Shown here: positions 1 to 8,115 of the stretch, piece after piece
Numbering within the stretch: position 1 is the first letter of the stretch
Layout: the number at the start of each line of letters is the position of its first letter
Assembly: GCA_943788655.1 (NCBI GenBank)
Contig: CALSRB010000007.1
Span: forward strand, 149,774 to 213,773
Length of the DNA stretch: 64,000 nucleotides
Reading direction: 5' to 3'
Source: Candidatus Poseidoniaceae archaeon
GTDB lineage: Archaea; Thermoplasmatota; Poseidoniia; Poseidoniales; Poseidoniaceae
The notes under the pieces: generated by a model
Told to the model about the DNA's origin: nothing
The model's database searches: none
The model's input: only the letters and a program-made list of their open reading frames with translations
Made by a program: the position numbers and the translations under genes

Positions 1-1
1 C

Positions 2-580
2 TTCAACATCGTTCAGTGTAAACGGCGTAGTGGAGGATTCGAGCGCCTTGGTTAGGTTTTTTTGGATGAGTGAAGGGTGGGTGCCCTCGAGTCGTTTTCC
101 GACATCTTGGAGTATTTTGTGGAACTCTCTTGCCCCTGGATCGCCATCCCACCGCCAAGGGTGGTCCAAATCCATGAGCGCTGTATGGAGGGCAGTGAGG
201 CGTTCGGTATTGTAAGGTCGCCATGTGCGGCTTTCGCTCGTTGGGGCGAAGAGAAGCGGAAGTTCTCCTTTGATTGCAGCTTGTTTTGTCAGTTCATGGA
301 CCACATTGAACAACGCAGGGCCGGCTTCGAGCTTTCTCGGTAATTTGAGGTCGAGGTGAAGCAAGTCAACAAGACGAGGGAGCGTTAGATGGTGGGTGGT
401 ATCGACGGCCAAATCGTGCCCTGAAAGGAGGTTCAGGGCTTGCTTGCGGGCTTCTTCGTTTGGATAAAGAATGAGAAGGGCATTTGCCTTTCCCTCGAGA
501 AAGGCTTGTGTGAGCCAAGAGGGGAAATGTTCGTTTGGAGGCTGTATTTCAATGGTACAAGGTAATCGATCTCCGCTCAT
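2..580 (-). CDS. hypothetical protein, 5' part only (gene continues past the left edge)
   Basis: Not in the supplied ORF track because there is no stop inside the window. Hand check: the ATG is the complement of 578-580, and none of the 193 in-frame triplets down to position 2 is a minus-strand stop. The translation MSGDRLPCTIEIQPPNEHFPSWLTQAFLEGKANALLILYPNEEARKQALNLLSGHDLAVD... looks like an ordinary globular protein. No family recognised. Confidence 0.55.
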   Translation of the reverse strand, partial: MSGDRLPCTIEIQPPNEHFPSWLTQAFLEGKANALLILYPNEEARKQALNLLSGHDLAVDTTHHLTLPRLVDLLHLDLKLPRKLEAGPALFNVVHELTKQAAIKGELPLLFAPTSESRTWRPYNTERLTALHTALMDLDHPWRWDGDPGAREFHKILQDVGKRLEGTHPSLIQKNLTKALESSTTPFTLNDVE

Positions 581-821
581 TGTACGCCCTCCCCTTCACT
601 GATACTGTCGAGGGTTTTTGAGGAACACGGTGTGAAAAGGTTGCGAGGAACACCGCCATAGTATCGTGTTCATGTTTCCAACAGGGGAGCAGTCTGACGC
701 TTTCGAAAGAGTGTACTTATATGGTTGAATGATTGTATACATACACTGTGTTTGAAGTGGTTTGGAGCCATCTAGCAAGACACGTGTCGCTACGATTATG
801 TGTGTAAGAAAACCGTCTTTT

Positions 822-833
822 TGCTTATATATT
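822..833 (+). promoter_or_regulatory. TATA-box-like element TGCTTATATATT
   Basis: It has the same GCTTATA core as the elements about 30 nt upstream of tRNA-Arg (28013-28022) and of the CD36-like gene (19180-19187, minus strand). It would place a + strand TSS near 855-860, about 195 nt before the next ATG (1053). Confidence 0.3.
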
Positions 834-870
834 GTCGATGGTGATTGTTATTGTTGTTGAGTGGGGAATC

Positions 871-891
871 AAACAAGAACAATTCTTGTTT
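871..891. other. perfect 9-bp hairpin AAACAAGAA-caa-TTCTTGTTT in a long intergenic spacer
   Basis: Read directly: 871-879 pairs with 883-891, with a 3-nt loop. The structure is certain. The function (RNA 5' stem, operator or terminator) is unknown. Confidence 0.6.
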
Positions 892-1052
892 GTTAGGTGG
901 GACTCTTGTTGACCGAAAGGTTTATGCTGGATGACTTAGATATAGAATTGTAGTGGGATGGGGCGGAGGGCTCGGTTTAGTTTTAGGCCGGCCGAATTCG
1001 TCACCCTGCGAAACACCCCACACACACAGAGGAAAAAGGAAGTGAGATATCA

Positions 1053-2273
1053 ATGGATAAGGTAAACAAGAACGAAGAAGAACAAGCGTGCGACGACTGT
1101 GGAGCTGGGAAGATGCTGCTGGATGCCAACAAGGCCGAACTGTACTGTGATCTCTGCGGGATCACCGCCCCGTCGAAGGACATCATGGACGCGAATGCTG
1201 GCAAAACCACGTACGGTGGAGAATCTGCAACGCACCAGGCCGTTCGAAACGACGAGAACGTCAACGCGAACATGGGCACCAACGGCAGTTACATGTCCAC
1301 CGCTGGCTTGAATGCGGCAGCGAGGAAGAAATTCAACCGTCTGCGAAAAATCGACAAAGGTACTGTGCGTTTGAAGCACCCACTACGGGAATCTGTTCGC
1401 AAGAAGGTGGAAGAGATGTACGGAAAGTACGCCATGGAAGCCGCAGAGCCGTTTGTCAAGATGATGTGCAAGCCGCTCAAGGGCAAGCATGAGGAACAGC
1501 GTCAAGCACTCGACAACAAGGACCTCAAGCGTCGCCTTGGCATGCCAAAGCAGGCGATTTGCCGCAAGAAGGCAGATGTTCGGGGCGATGGCAAGGAGCA
1601 GCGCATTGTGATGATGGCCATGGCTGCTGTGGAAGTTGCTGGCGACCTCGGTCTCTTGTCCAAGATGGACCGCCGTGCTGGCATGGACCAATACGGAATC
1701 AAACGCAAGCAACTGCTCAGCGCCAAGCGAGCGTTGTTGAACCACTACAAGGCGCGAATCACCATGGGTTGGGAGCCGCAGCCACCGGTAAAGACACCTG
1801 CTGAGAGGCGTGAAGACGGTGTCGAGCAGGCTGTTCACCACATTCACGACATGTTGTTCAAGCTCAGCGAGGACGTGCTCTCGGAACAAGACCACGCGAA
1901 GGTTACTGCTGAGTCAGAGGCACGTTTGGCCCTGCTCGAGGAGGGTACAGCCGACGCACTGACCGGTAACACCGAGGTGCGAATGGCTGTGTGCGCTGTG
2001 TTCTATGCGACGCTGGTGAGCCTTGGCCTCCAAGCTGGTATGGCAGATCGCCTTGCTGCGGTGTTCGGCATGACTGGCAGTGGAATTCGTTCTCGCTACG
2101 AAGCATTTGCTGCGGCCGAAGCCTCGGGCGAAGTTGATTACAACGGCGCCTTCCTTCTCATCGCTATGACCTGTTTCGAGATCCTTGCGACGCTGCATCC
2201 TGAGCATACCTTGATAGAAAAGGCAGGCTTGGCAGATGCATGGAACTCAGAAGAAGGCTCTTCGTCGTCTTGA
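1053..2273 (+). CDS. divergent TFB/TFIIB-like protein (N-terminal TFIIB-type zinc ribbon)
   Basis: The ATG at 1053 follows GGAAGTGA 8 nt upstream. The N-terminus CDDCGAGKMLLDANKAELYCDLCG is a CxxC-x15-CxxC ribbon of the TFIIB type, followed by a basic linker and a helical C-terminal half. At 406 aa it is longer and much more divergent than canonical TFB. The 3' end overlaps the next ORF by 34 nt. Confidence 0.45.
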   Translation: MDKVNKNEEEQACDDCGAGKMLLDANKAELYCDLCGITAPSKDIMDANAGKTTYGGESATHQAVRNDENVNANMGTNGSYMSTAGLNAAARKKFNRLRKIDKGTVRLKHPLRESVRKKVEEMYGKYAMEAAEPFVKMMCKPLKGKHEEQRQALDNKDLKRRLGMPKQAICRKKADVRGDGKEQRIVMMAMAAVEVAGDLGLLSKMDRRAGMDQYGIKRKQLLSAKRALLNHYKARITMGWEPQPPVKTPAERREDGVEQAVHHIHDMLFKLSEDVLSEQDHAKVTAESEARLALLEEGTADALTGNTEVRMAVCAVFYATLVSLGLQAGMADRLAAVFGMTGSGIRSRYEAFAAAEASGEVDYNGAFLLIAMTCFEILATLHPEHTLIEKAGLADAWNSEEGSSSS

Positions 2274-3131
2274 TTGCAACGCTCTTTTGCGCGACTGCTG
2301 CAAGCGCTGGCGCTGCGGAAACCCTGGAGGCGGGGGCTGTCTTTGGTGGCCAATCCACCGAGGCTAACACCTCGTCGGTGAGCACCGTGAACTTGAGTGA
2401 TCTTCCAACCATTGTTGAAGTCTACACCGCTACATGGTGTTCGAACTGTGTGGATGTGGAGCATGCCCTTGATGATGTGGAAAACAATCTCTCAATGCAA
2501 CAGTATCATACGCATCGGTCGATTTCGGAAGTCCAGGACCCATTTGGAACTGATGAAATCGATAAGCGATATCATGACCGGTACGGCCGATGGTCCCCTC
2601 CAGCAGTGGTGTTCAATGGTTCAACGATGATCAAGGGCAGTGTGGCACAATCTGAAAGCCTTCAACAAGACTTCACTACCGTTGTACAACAACCTCTCTT
2701 TCTCGGAAACGGAACCAGTACGTTCGGGTGGGCTCCCTACCGGAGACTTGAGTGGTACCGCTACGTGGTCTACCACCGTCGACCAAACTCAATTTGGAGA
2801 AGGATCGCTCCAGGCATACCTCTGGGTGGTCGAGGCGTCTGCTTACTTCGAAGATGGTTCCAACGGTTTAGAGAACTACCCTCACATCATGCGTGCTGTC
2901 ATCCCATTGGGCGATGTTGTCCAAGGAAGTATGGATGTCCAACTACCTGCTGCGTTTGATGGAAATGATTTGTCCGTGCATCTCGTGTACCAATTCAATC
3001 CAGTCATCGAGGTCGTAGAAGAGCCCGATGAACCCCTTACCCCTGCCGAGGATTCAGCGGGCCTTCCATTCATTCACAGTCTTACAACCATTGCAATGAT
3101 TGGAGCAGCAGCCTATGCACGGCGCTGGTAA
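2240..3131 (+). pseudogene. frameshifted (or mis-assembled) secreted thioredoxin-like protein with a C-terminal membrane anchor
   Basis: ORF 2240..2959 is protein-like only up to ...LFLGNGTSTFGW (signal peptide plus a WCSNC thioredoxin-type motif). ORF 2640..3131 is protein-like only from LPTGDLSGTATWSTTVDQ... onward and ends AGLPFIHSLTTIAMIGAAAYARRW. Deleting one G from the gggtggg run at 2726-2732 fuses them into one protein of about 296 aa. Confidence 0.6.
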
Positions 3132-5525
3132 TTAAGGCTGGAAATCTCCACCCATCTGCGGCCTTGGGTTGTCGCGCAAGTCAACGCCGAGTTCCCAGCG
3201 AAAATCTGGAACCTCGTCGGGTGCTGGCTGTGCATCCATGTAATGCCACCACCAGGGTGGGGCGCCGCGGAATCCAAAGCGCTCTTGAACACGATTGAGG
3301 TTCTCGCTTAGGTTTCTTCGGGCCCATTGACGCGGATGGTCTCTTCTCTGAAACACTTGGTAACCATGCTCCCGATCTTGCTCTTCATAGCCTGCCAATG
3401 TCGCAAAGCGAAGCATCAAACGTCGTTCATGTGCATTGCGCAGGGTGAGATTGAGGTGGCAGTGTTCAAAGGAAACATCACCTCCGTCGGCGACTGCAAA
3501 CCGTACCTGTGAACCAATCGGTTGCAACAGCATAGCTTCCCAAACCCTTGGGAAGACCTCGCAGAACCGTCGTTCACCATCACGAACATCCCCAATTGGA
3601 GCGTCGCGTTCATCTTGTCCGTGGTTTCGCAAGAACATCCAGTCATTTCTTTGAAAATTTTCGTAGTATAACTCGCGTTGGCGACGACGGTTTCCTCGCC
3701 TGTCCGCTTCATCGGTCTCTTCACCACCTGTGGCTAAGACCGATAGACGCCACATCTTGACCAAAGCGTCGAGAGGATAGGGGCGTTTTGCCAGCCCTGC
3801 ATGTGCAACCTTGTTCCTCGCCTCGCTCGCAGACGTTCTTCTGTCTCGCTGGTGATTCCGATAATTTCGATGCTGAAGGTACTGCATAAACAATTCACCC
3901 CGTCCCAACGCTTCGGCTTCGTCAAACTCTGGGCCGTTGCGCCCGCGCTCTTCAACCCAAGTTGGGGCGTTCAGGCCTGTATATCGACGAACTGCATCGA
4001 GAAGTTGGAGGTATGATGCTTGGTCCATCATGGCTTTTTGAACATCATTGATGAGATGGGGGAAACCCATAGGGGCGTTGTGGGCCAGTTCATTCAACAA
4101 GGAATTGACCTGGACGCTGCTTCCGACATCGTCGATCAATGAAAGCACGACAGTTGCGATTGTATCGCCCAACGGGACCGTTGAGTGGAACCGCCCTTGG
4201 TGAATACAAACATCTGACGACCTCTTAGGGCCCAACGAGGTGAGCAACTTGATCCTGAATGGTGATGCATGAGCTCCTGGTTCGACTGTTACTTCATAGA
4301 AATGGCCGACGCGTCCGACCACCAAAATGTGCTTGCCTGAAATGAAAGCCCGTTCGGAATTAGCCTTGATGATCGAATTAAGGAACTCAATCGACCGTTT
4401 TAGAGGAGCGGAGATAAGTTTCGGAGAATTCGATCTTGAACTCCAGTTATGTTGCACTGCAAACAATACCTCTCCTTCGTGTGAAGTTAATGGGGAAAGC
4501 GAATGGGCGAGCAGTGAGGCCCAAATTGCAGGGTCATCGGGGATGTTTGTGTGACGAGACGAACCTGTTTTCGTCCGAACCCTCAACTTGATTTTCCCCC
4601 CTACAGTCCGGAGTGGTGGTTTCACTGGTGCGTTTACTTGGCGGGTGCTTCTGTAATTTTTCCAATGTGCAAGCCACGGGTAGGACGCGAGTTCGACCAG
4701 TCCATCTGGGTGATTGAGAAAGGCCTCTGCGATTCGAGCATCGAAGTCATTCCCTCGACTGAGACGTTGTTTGATGTCCCGCGACCAGGCTCCCAAAGGA
4801 TGGGACATGTGATGGGTTGGAGGAGGGATGTGTTCTTCAGCCATCCATCCAATCCATGTGAGAACTGAAAACACTGAGTGTCGACTTGGGCGAGCCGCCC
4901 GGCGCTCCATGCGCCGCCGTCGCAGGAAAGCATGCCTTTGTTCTCGGTCCTGGAAACCATCGACCATCTGCTCCTCGAGAACGGTTTTGGTGCATCCAAA
5001 AACGGTCAACAAACGACTCATGTCCCAACCATACCGCTGTTTTGGATCTGCGAGAACCCGGAGCAACGAAACCGTTGGGACTTGATGGGGAAGTTGGCGT
5101 CCATTCATGCATACATGCTGTTCACGGAATGAGAACGATGCACCATCGGACATCAGGAACCCTTTGTGCAAGACAAGGCGCTCCGCCGAGGTCAATTTGA
5201 TGCCTTCTTCAATGCGTTTAGCGATGGTCAAGAGTTCCTTCGCTGGGGCTGGTGCTTCCAAAACTGGATCCATGTCGCTCTCCGTTTTGGCCCAGTCAAC
5301 ATGGTCTGGTGTTGAAAAATGACGTTTGAATGCGTTCCATCGTTGCTTTGCGTTCGGATGTGGTCCACCAAGGGATTCTGCCACTTCTTCATGCAGCGAA
5401 TAGGGGATTTCGTAATCCCAATCCCTCTTCGGTGCGCCTTTCATCATTGAGGCGCAGAGCGCACAAGGCGCTATCGCTTTCTTTTCACCGCATACGGTAC
5501 AGACAATTGTGCCCCTCGCCGCCAT
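3132..5525 (-). CDS. large hypothetical protein with an N-terminal zinc ribbon (797 aa)
   Basis: ATG at 5525. The N-terminus CTVCGEKKAIAPCALC is a CxxC-x8-CxxC knuckle pair. The rest is Arg/Trp-rich (e.g. GAPPWWWHYMD near the C-terminus) with no motif I recognise. Its stop abuts the stop of the convergent gene (3131/3132). Confidence 0.7.
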   Translation of the reverse strand: MAARGTIVCTVCGEKKAIAPCALCASMMKGAPKRDWDYEIPYSLHEEVAESLGGPHPNAKQRWNAFKRHFSTPDHVDWAKTESDMDPVLEAPAPAKELLTIAKRIEEGIKLTSAERLVLHKGFLMSDGASFSFREQHVCMNGRQLPHQVPTVSLLRVLADPKQRYGWDMSRLLTVFGCTKTVLEEQMVDGFQDREQRHAFLRRRRMERRAARPSRHSVFSVLTWIGWMAEEHIPPPTHHMSHPLGAWSRDIKQRLSRGNDFDARIAEAFLNHPDGLVELASYPWLAHWKNYRSTRQVNAPVKPPLRTVGGKIKLRVRTKTGSSRHTNIPDDPAIWASLLAHSLSPLTSHEGEVLFAVQHNWSSRSNSPKLISAPLKRSIEFLNSIIKANSERAFISGKHILVVGRVGHFYEVTVEPGAHASPFRIKLLTSLGPKRSSDVCIHQGRFHSTVPLGDTIATVVLSLIDDVGSSVQVNSLLNELAHNAPMGFPHLINDVQKAMMDQASYLQLLDAVRRYTGLNAPTWVEERGRNGPEFDEAEALGRGELFMQYLQHRNYRNHQRDRRTSASEARNKVAHAGLAKRPYPLDALVKMWRLSVLATGGEETDEADRRGNRRRQRELYYENFQRNDWMFLRNHGQDERDAPIGDVRDGERRFCEVFPRVWEAMLLQPIGSQVRFAVADGGDVSFEHCHLNLTLRNAHERRLMLRFATLAGYEEQDREHGYQVFQRRDHPRQWARRNLSENLNRVQERFGFRGAPPWWWHYMDAQPAPDEVPDFRWELGVDLRDNPRPQMGGDFQP

Positions 5526-5556
5526 GAATGAAAAGGCAGTGAGGGTATTTCAAGGA

Positions 5557-6600
5557 TTAAACGAGGTCTTCGAAGGCTCGAATTACCTCGAGGACATCTT
5601 GGTCGGTGACGTGAAGATGAACAACGATTCGACACGAATGAGGCCCAATGTCAAGCACGTCGATACCAGAAGCTGCCAGTGCATCCATCACATCGGTTGC
5701 TGAAATTTCAGAATCAAAGTAGACCATGTTTGTTTCAACGGTTGAAAGATCAACTGAGAACCCGTTGATTGCGTTGATTGCGGTAGCTAGTTGTGTTGCT
5801 CGACCGTGATCCTCTGCCATGCGATCAACATGATTGTCGAGGGCGTGCAAGCCCGCAGCTGCGAGCATCCCCGCCTGTCGCATGCCGCCGCCGAACATCT
5901 TGCGCCAACGGTGGGCTTGTGCGATGAAGGTGCCTGATCCGACGAGCACGGAACCAATAGGCGCCCCCAAGCCCTTCGACAAACAAATCGAAATCGAATC
6001 GTACTCGCGAACCATGCGATCGAGCGGCGTATTGGTTGCCACAGATGCGTTGAAGATCCGAGCACCGTCCATATGAACAGCGCAATTGTTTGCTTTTGCA
6101 ACAACTGCGATTTCATCCAAGGTGGCTTGCGGATAGCATGCGCCGCCACCTCGATTTGAGGTGTTTTCAACGCAAACAAGCGTCCCGTCCGGATAATGGG
6201 AAAGAGAACCTGCTTGCTTACGAATTGCTCCTTGGACATCTTCAGGCCGCATGAGCCCTCCATGAACATCGACAAGAGCGACTGACGCCCCACAAAGCGC
6301 TGCGTATCCGCCGCCCTCGTAGATGTAGATGTGACTGTTTTTGGCCGTGATGATTTCATCGCCCGGTGAAGTGTGGCACCTCAATGCGATTGCATTGGAC
6401 ATGGTGCCAGAAGGTACGAACAACGCCGCTTCTTTGCCGCACATCTCTGCAACACGTCGTTCGAGTTGGGAAACGGTGGGGTCATCGCCCAACACATCAT
6501 CGCCAACAGCTGCGGTGTGCATTGCTTCACGCATGGCGGGTGTGGGTTGGGTGACTGTGTCTGAACGCAAGTCGATGCGGTCCGTAGAGTAGTGGCGCAT
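5557..6600 (-). CDS. ltaE: low-specificity L-threonine aldolase (PLP-dependent)
   Basis: It has the family hallmarks DLRSDTVTQPTPAMREAM, GDDVLGDDPTV, SGTMSN and the PLP-lysine block CLSKGLGAPIGS. The 347-aa length is typical. Confidence 0.9.
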   Translation of the reverse strand: MRHYSTDRIDLRSDTVTQPTPAMREAMHTAAVGDDVLGDDPTVSQLERRVAEMCGKEAALFVPSGTMSNAIALRCHTSPGDEIITAKNSHIYIYEGGGYAALCGASVALVDVHGGLMRPEDVQGAIRKQAGSLSHYPDGTLVCVENTSNRGGGACYPQATLDEIAVVAKANNCAVHMDGARIFNASVATNTPLDRMVREYDSISICLSKGLGAPIGSVLVGSGTFIAQAHRWRKMFGGGMRQAGMLAAAGLHALDNHVDRMAEDHGRATQLATAINAINGFSVDLSTVETNMVYFDSEISATDVMDALAASGIDVLDIGPHSCRIVVHLHVTDQDVLEVIRAFEDLV

Positions 6601-6640
6601 GAACTTGCGAGGCCCTCCCCCTTCATCAAAGCGGTGGGAG

Positions 6641-6988
6641 TCAGAGTAATTTCAGCGCACCCGTCAGTGATTCCAACTGGTGTTCTTCGCAGGGGCCGAG
6701 GGCTAAAATTGTGTACGAGCCGCTCGGAATTTGTGTGTGACCTGCGTCATGAACGCTTGCCGTAAGGACGTTGAGTTGCTTTGCTTCCTGTTCCAAGCGA
6801 GTGAGGTGGTCAGCATCATCACCTTTGACACAGATTTTTTTCTGTCCTGTAGCAAGCCACGCTTCTAGGTAGGCGGGGCTCTTTTCACCAGCATTCATCA
6901 CTGCTTTTACCGCTCCATGCCCGACCTGCGCGGCGATTTTTCCTTTACCCATCTTCAAACCATGATTGACGACAAACACCATTTTCAT
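6641..6988 (-). CDS. pth2: peptidyl-tRNA hydrolase, archaeal Pth2 type (paralog A)
   Basis: MKMVFVVNHGLKMGKGKIAAQVGHGAV ... VHDAGHTQIPSGSYTILALGP are the Pth2 signature blocks. The ORF is open to 7057, but the ATG at 6988 gives the usual size of about 115 aa. Confidence 0.85.
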   Translation of the reverse strand: MKMVFVVNHGLKMGKGKIAAQVGHGAVKAVMNAGEKSPAYLEAWLATGQKKICVKGDDADHLTRLEQEAKQLNVLTASVHDAGHTQIPSGSYTILALGPCEEHQLESLTGALKLL

Positions 6989-7071
6989 GGCCCCTTTTGG
7001 AATCTGCCCTGATGGACGAGGTGCTGTCATCTTGTGGATGAAGGAGCGGAGACCCATGTTTGGACGTAAGG

Positions 7072-7413
7072 TCAGTATGGTTTCAAATCTCCGACCAGCG
7101 CATCGATTGAGCGTCTTGGCCCGGGCCCAATTCCGAGCACCGTAATTGTGCCTGGCTCGACTTCCGTATGGCCTGCATCCTTGACCAAATGCATCACGAG
7201 GCCAGCCGTTTGTGCTTGGCCAGCAAGCATCTGCAACTCACTCAGATTTTCAGCCTTCAAGCAAATTTTACGCGCACCCGATTGGCGCCATCGCTCGACC
7301 AAGCGAGCCTGTAATTTCCGCGCTGCTAACGTGCATGACACGGCCGCATGGGCACATTGTACAGCCACTTTCCCTGACGAAAGTCGGAGGTCGTCGCGAA
7401 CAATCAGCACCAT
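7072..7413 (-). CDS. pth2: peptidyl-tRNA hydrolase, archaeal Pth2 type (paralog B)
   Basis: MVLIVRDDLRLSSGKVAVQCAHAAV ... VKDAGHTEVEPGTITVLGIGP has the same blocks as paralog A. The ORF is open to 7464, with alternative ATGs at 7431 and 7440. Confidence 0.8.
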   Translation of the reverse strand: MVLIVRDDLRLSSGKVAVQCAHAAVSCTLAARKLQARLVERWRQSGARKICLKAENLSELQMLAGQAQTAGLVMHLVKDAGHTEVEPGTITVLGIGPGPRRSIDALVGDLKPY

Positions 7414-7423
7414 TGTGGGAGCT

Positions 7424-8083
7424 TCAGGCATCGATGCCATGACGCTCCACCACTGCCCGTTCAATTGATTCCAATGAAGCCTGCTCGTTCAAAATTGAAC
7501 TGAACCATGCGCCAAACCAAACTGCAAAGGTGAGGTTGCCCAGTGCATGAAGCAGGTCAAATGGGAGACCATTGGCTAAGTAGAAGAGGAAGTCAATCGC
7601 ACCAAAGGTTCCATCGAGGATCGAGAAAGAGACCACGAAACCGAAGATGAAGGCGGAACCGAGAGATGCGAAGCAGGTTCGAGTTGCGTTGTATGTTCCA
7701 TCAACCACCAATGAAAGCCGAGAGCCAAGCACTGCGACCATGGCCCATCCGCCTGCTTGGAAGAGAGTCCACCACCCGTCGCCCATGAAGAAATTGGAAA
7801 GCATGGTGACCATGACGGCAAAGGCTGCCCCACGGCGGGCGCCAAGTTGGGCACCGACCAATAAACAAGCCACCGTAACAGGCTGAATGTTTGGCAGCGG
7901 TTGCATCACAACTCGAATCAATGACACGCTGACCACGAGGGTCGCCATAAGAACGACATCATGGACTGAACGACGGTTTGGTCCAGCCAATAGCCAGAAG
8001 GCAGCACCCAAAAGGAGCACATCCAGAACCAAGCCCATTGTGGGTGAAAGTTCAGGGCCGTGCGTGCCGAGGGCTTGGAACAT
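7424..8083 (-). CDS. polytopic membrane protein, ECF-transporter S-component-like (tentative)
   Basis: About 220 aa and almost entirely hydrophobic helices (5-6 TM), with small-residue-rich helices (GAQLGARRGAAFAV, FMGDGWWTLFQAGGW). The family call rests on size, topology and the neighbouring DUF4430-like protein. ATG at 8083 chosen. Confidence 0.35.
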   Translation of the reverse strand: MFQALGTHGPELSPTMGLVLDVLLLGAAFWLLAGPNRRSVHDVVLMATLVVSVSLIRVVMQPLPNIQPVTVACLLVGAQLGARRGAAFAVMVTMLSNFFMGDGWWTLFQAGGWAMVAVLGSRLSLVVDGTYNATRTCFASLGSAFIFGFVVSFSILDGTFGAIDFLFYLANGLPFDLLHALGNLTFAVWFGAWFSSILNEQASLESIERAVVERHGIDA

Positions 8084-8115
8084 AGTTCGACCCACCAGCC
8101 CCCACGATTTGAGGC

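Noticed and set aside
1383-1895. 170-aa minus-strand ORF antisense to the TFB-like gene. Similar antisense or alternate-frame ORFs occur at 5787..6359, 7887..8381, 8532..9164, 10598..11284, 12466..13002, 15075..15581 and 33724..34206.
   Set aside because: Each lies wholly within, or bridges, a confidently identified gene in another frame. The translations are Arg/Ser/His-rich with no motifs.
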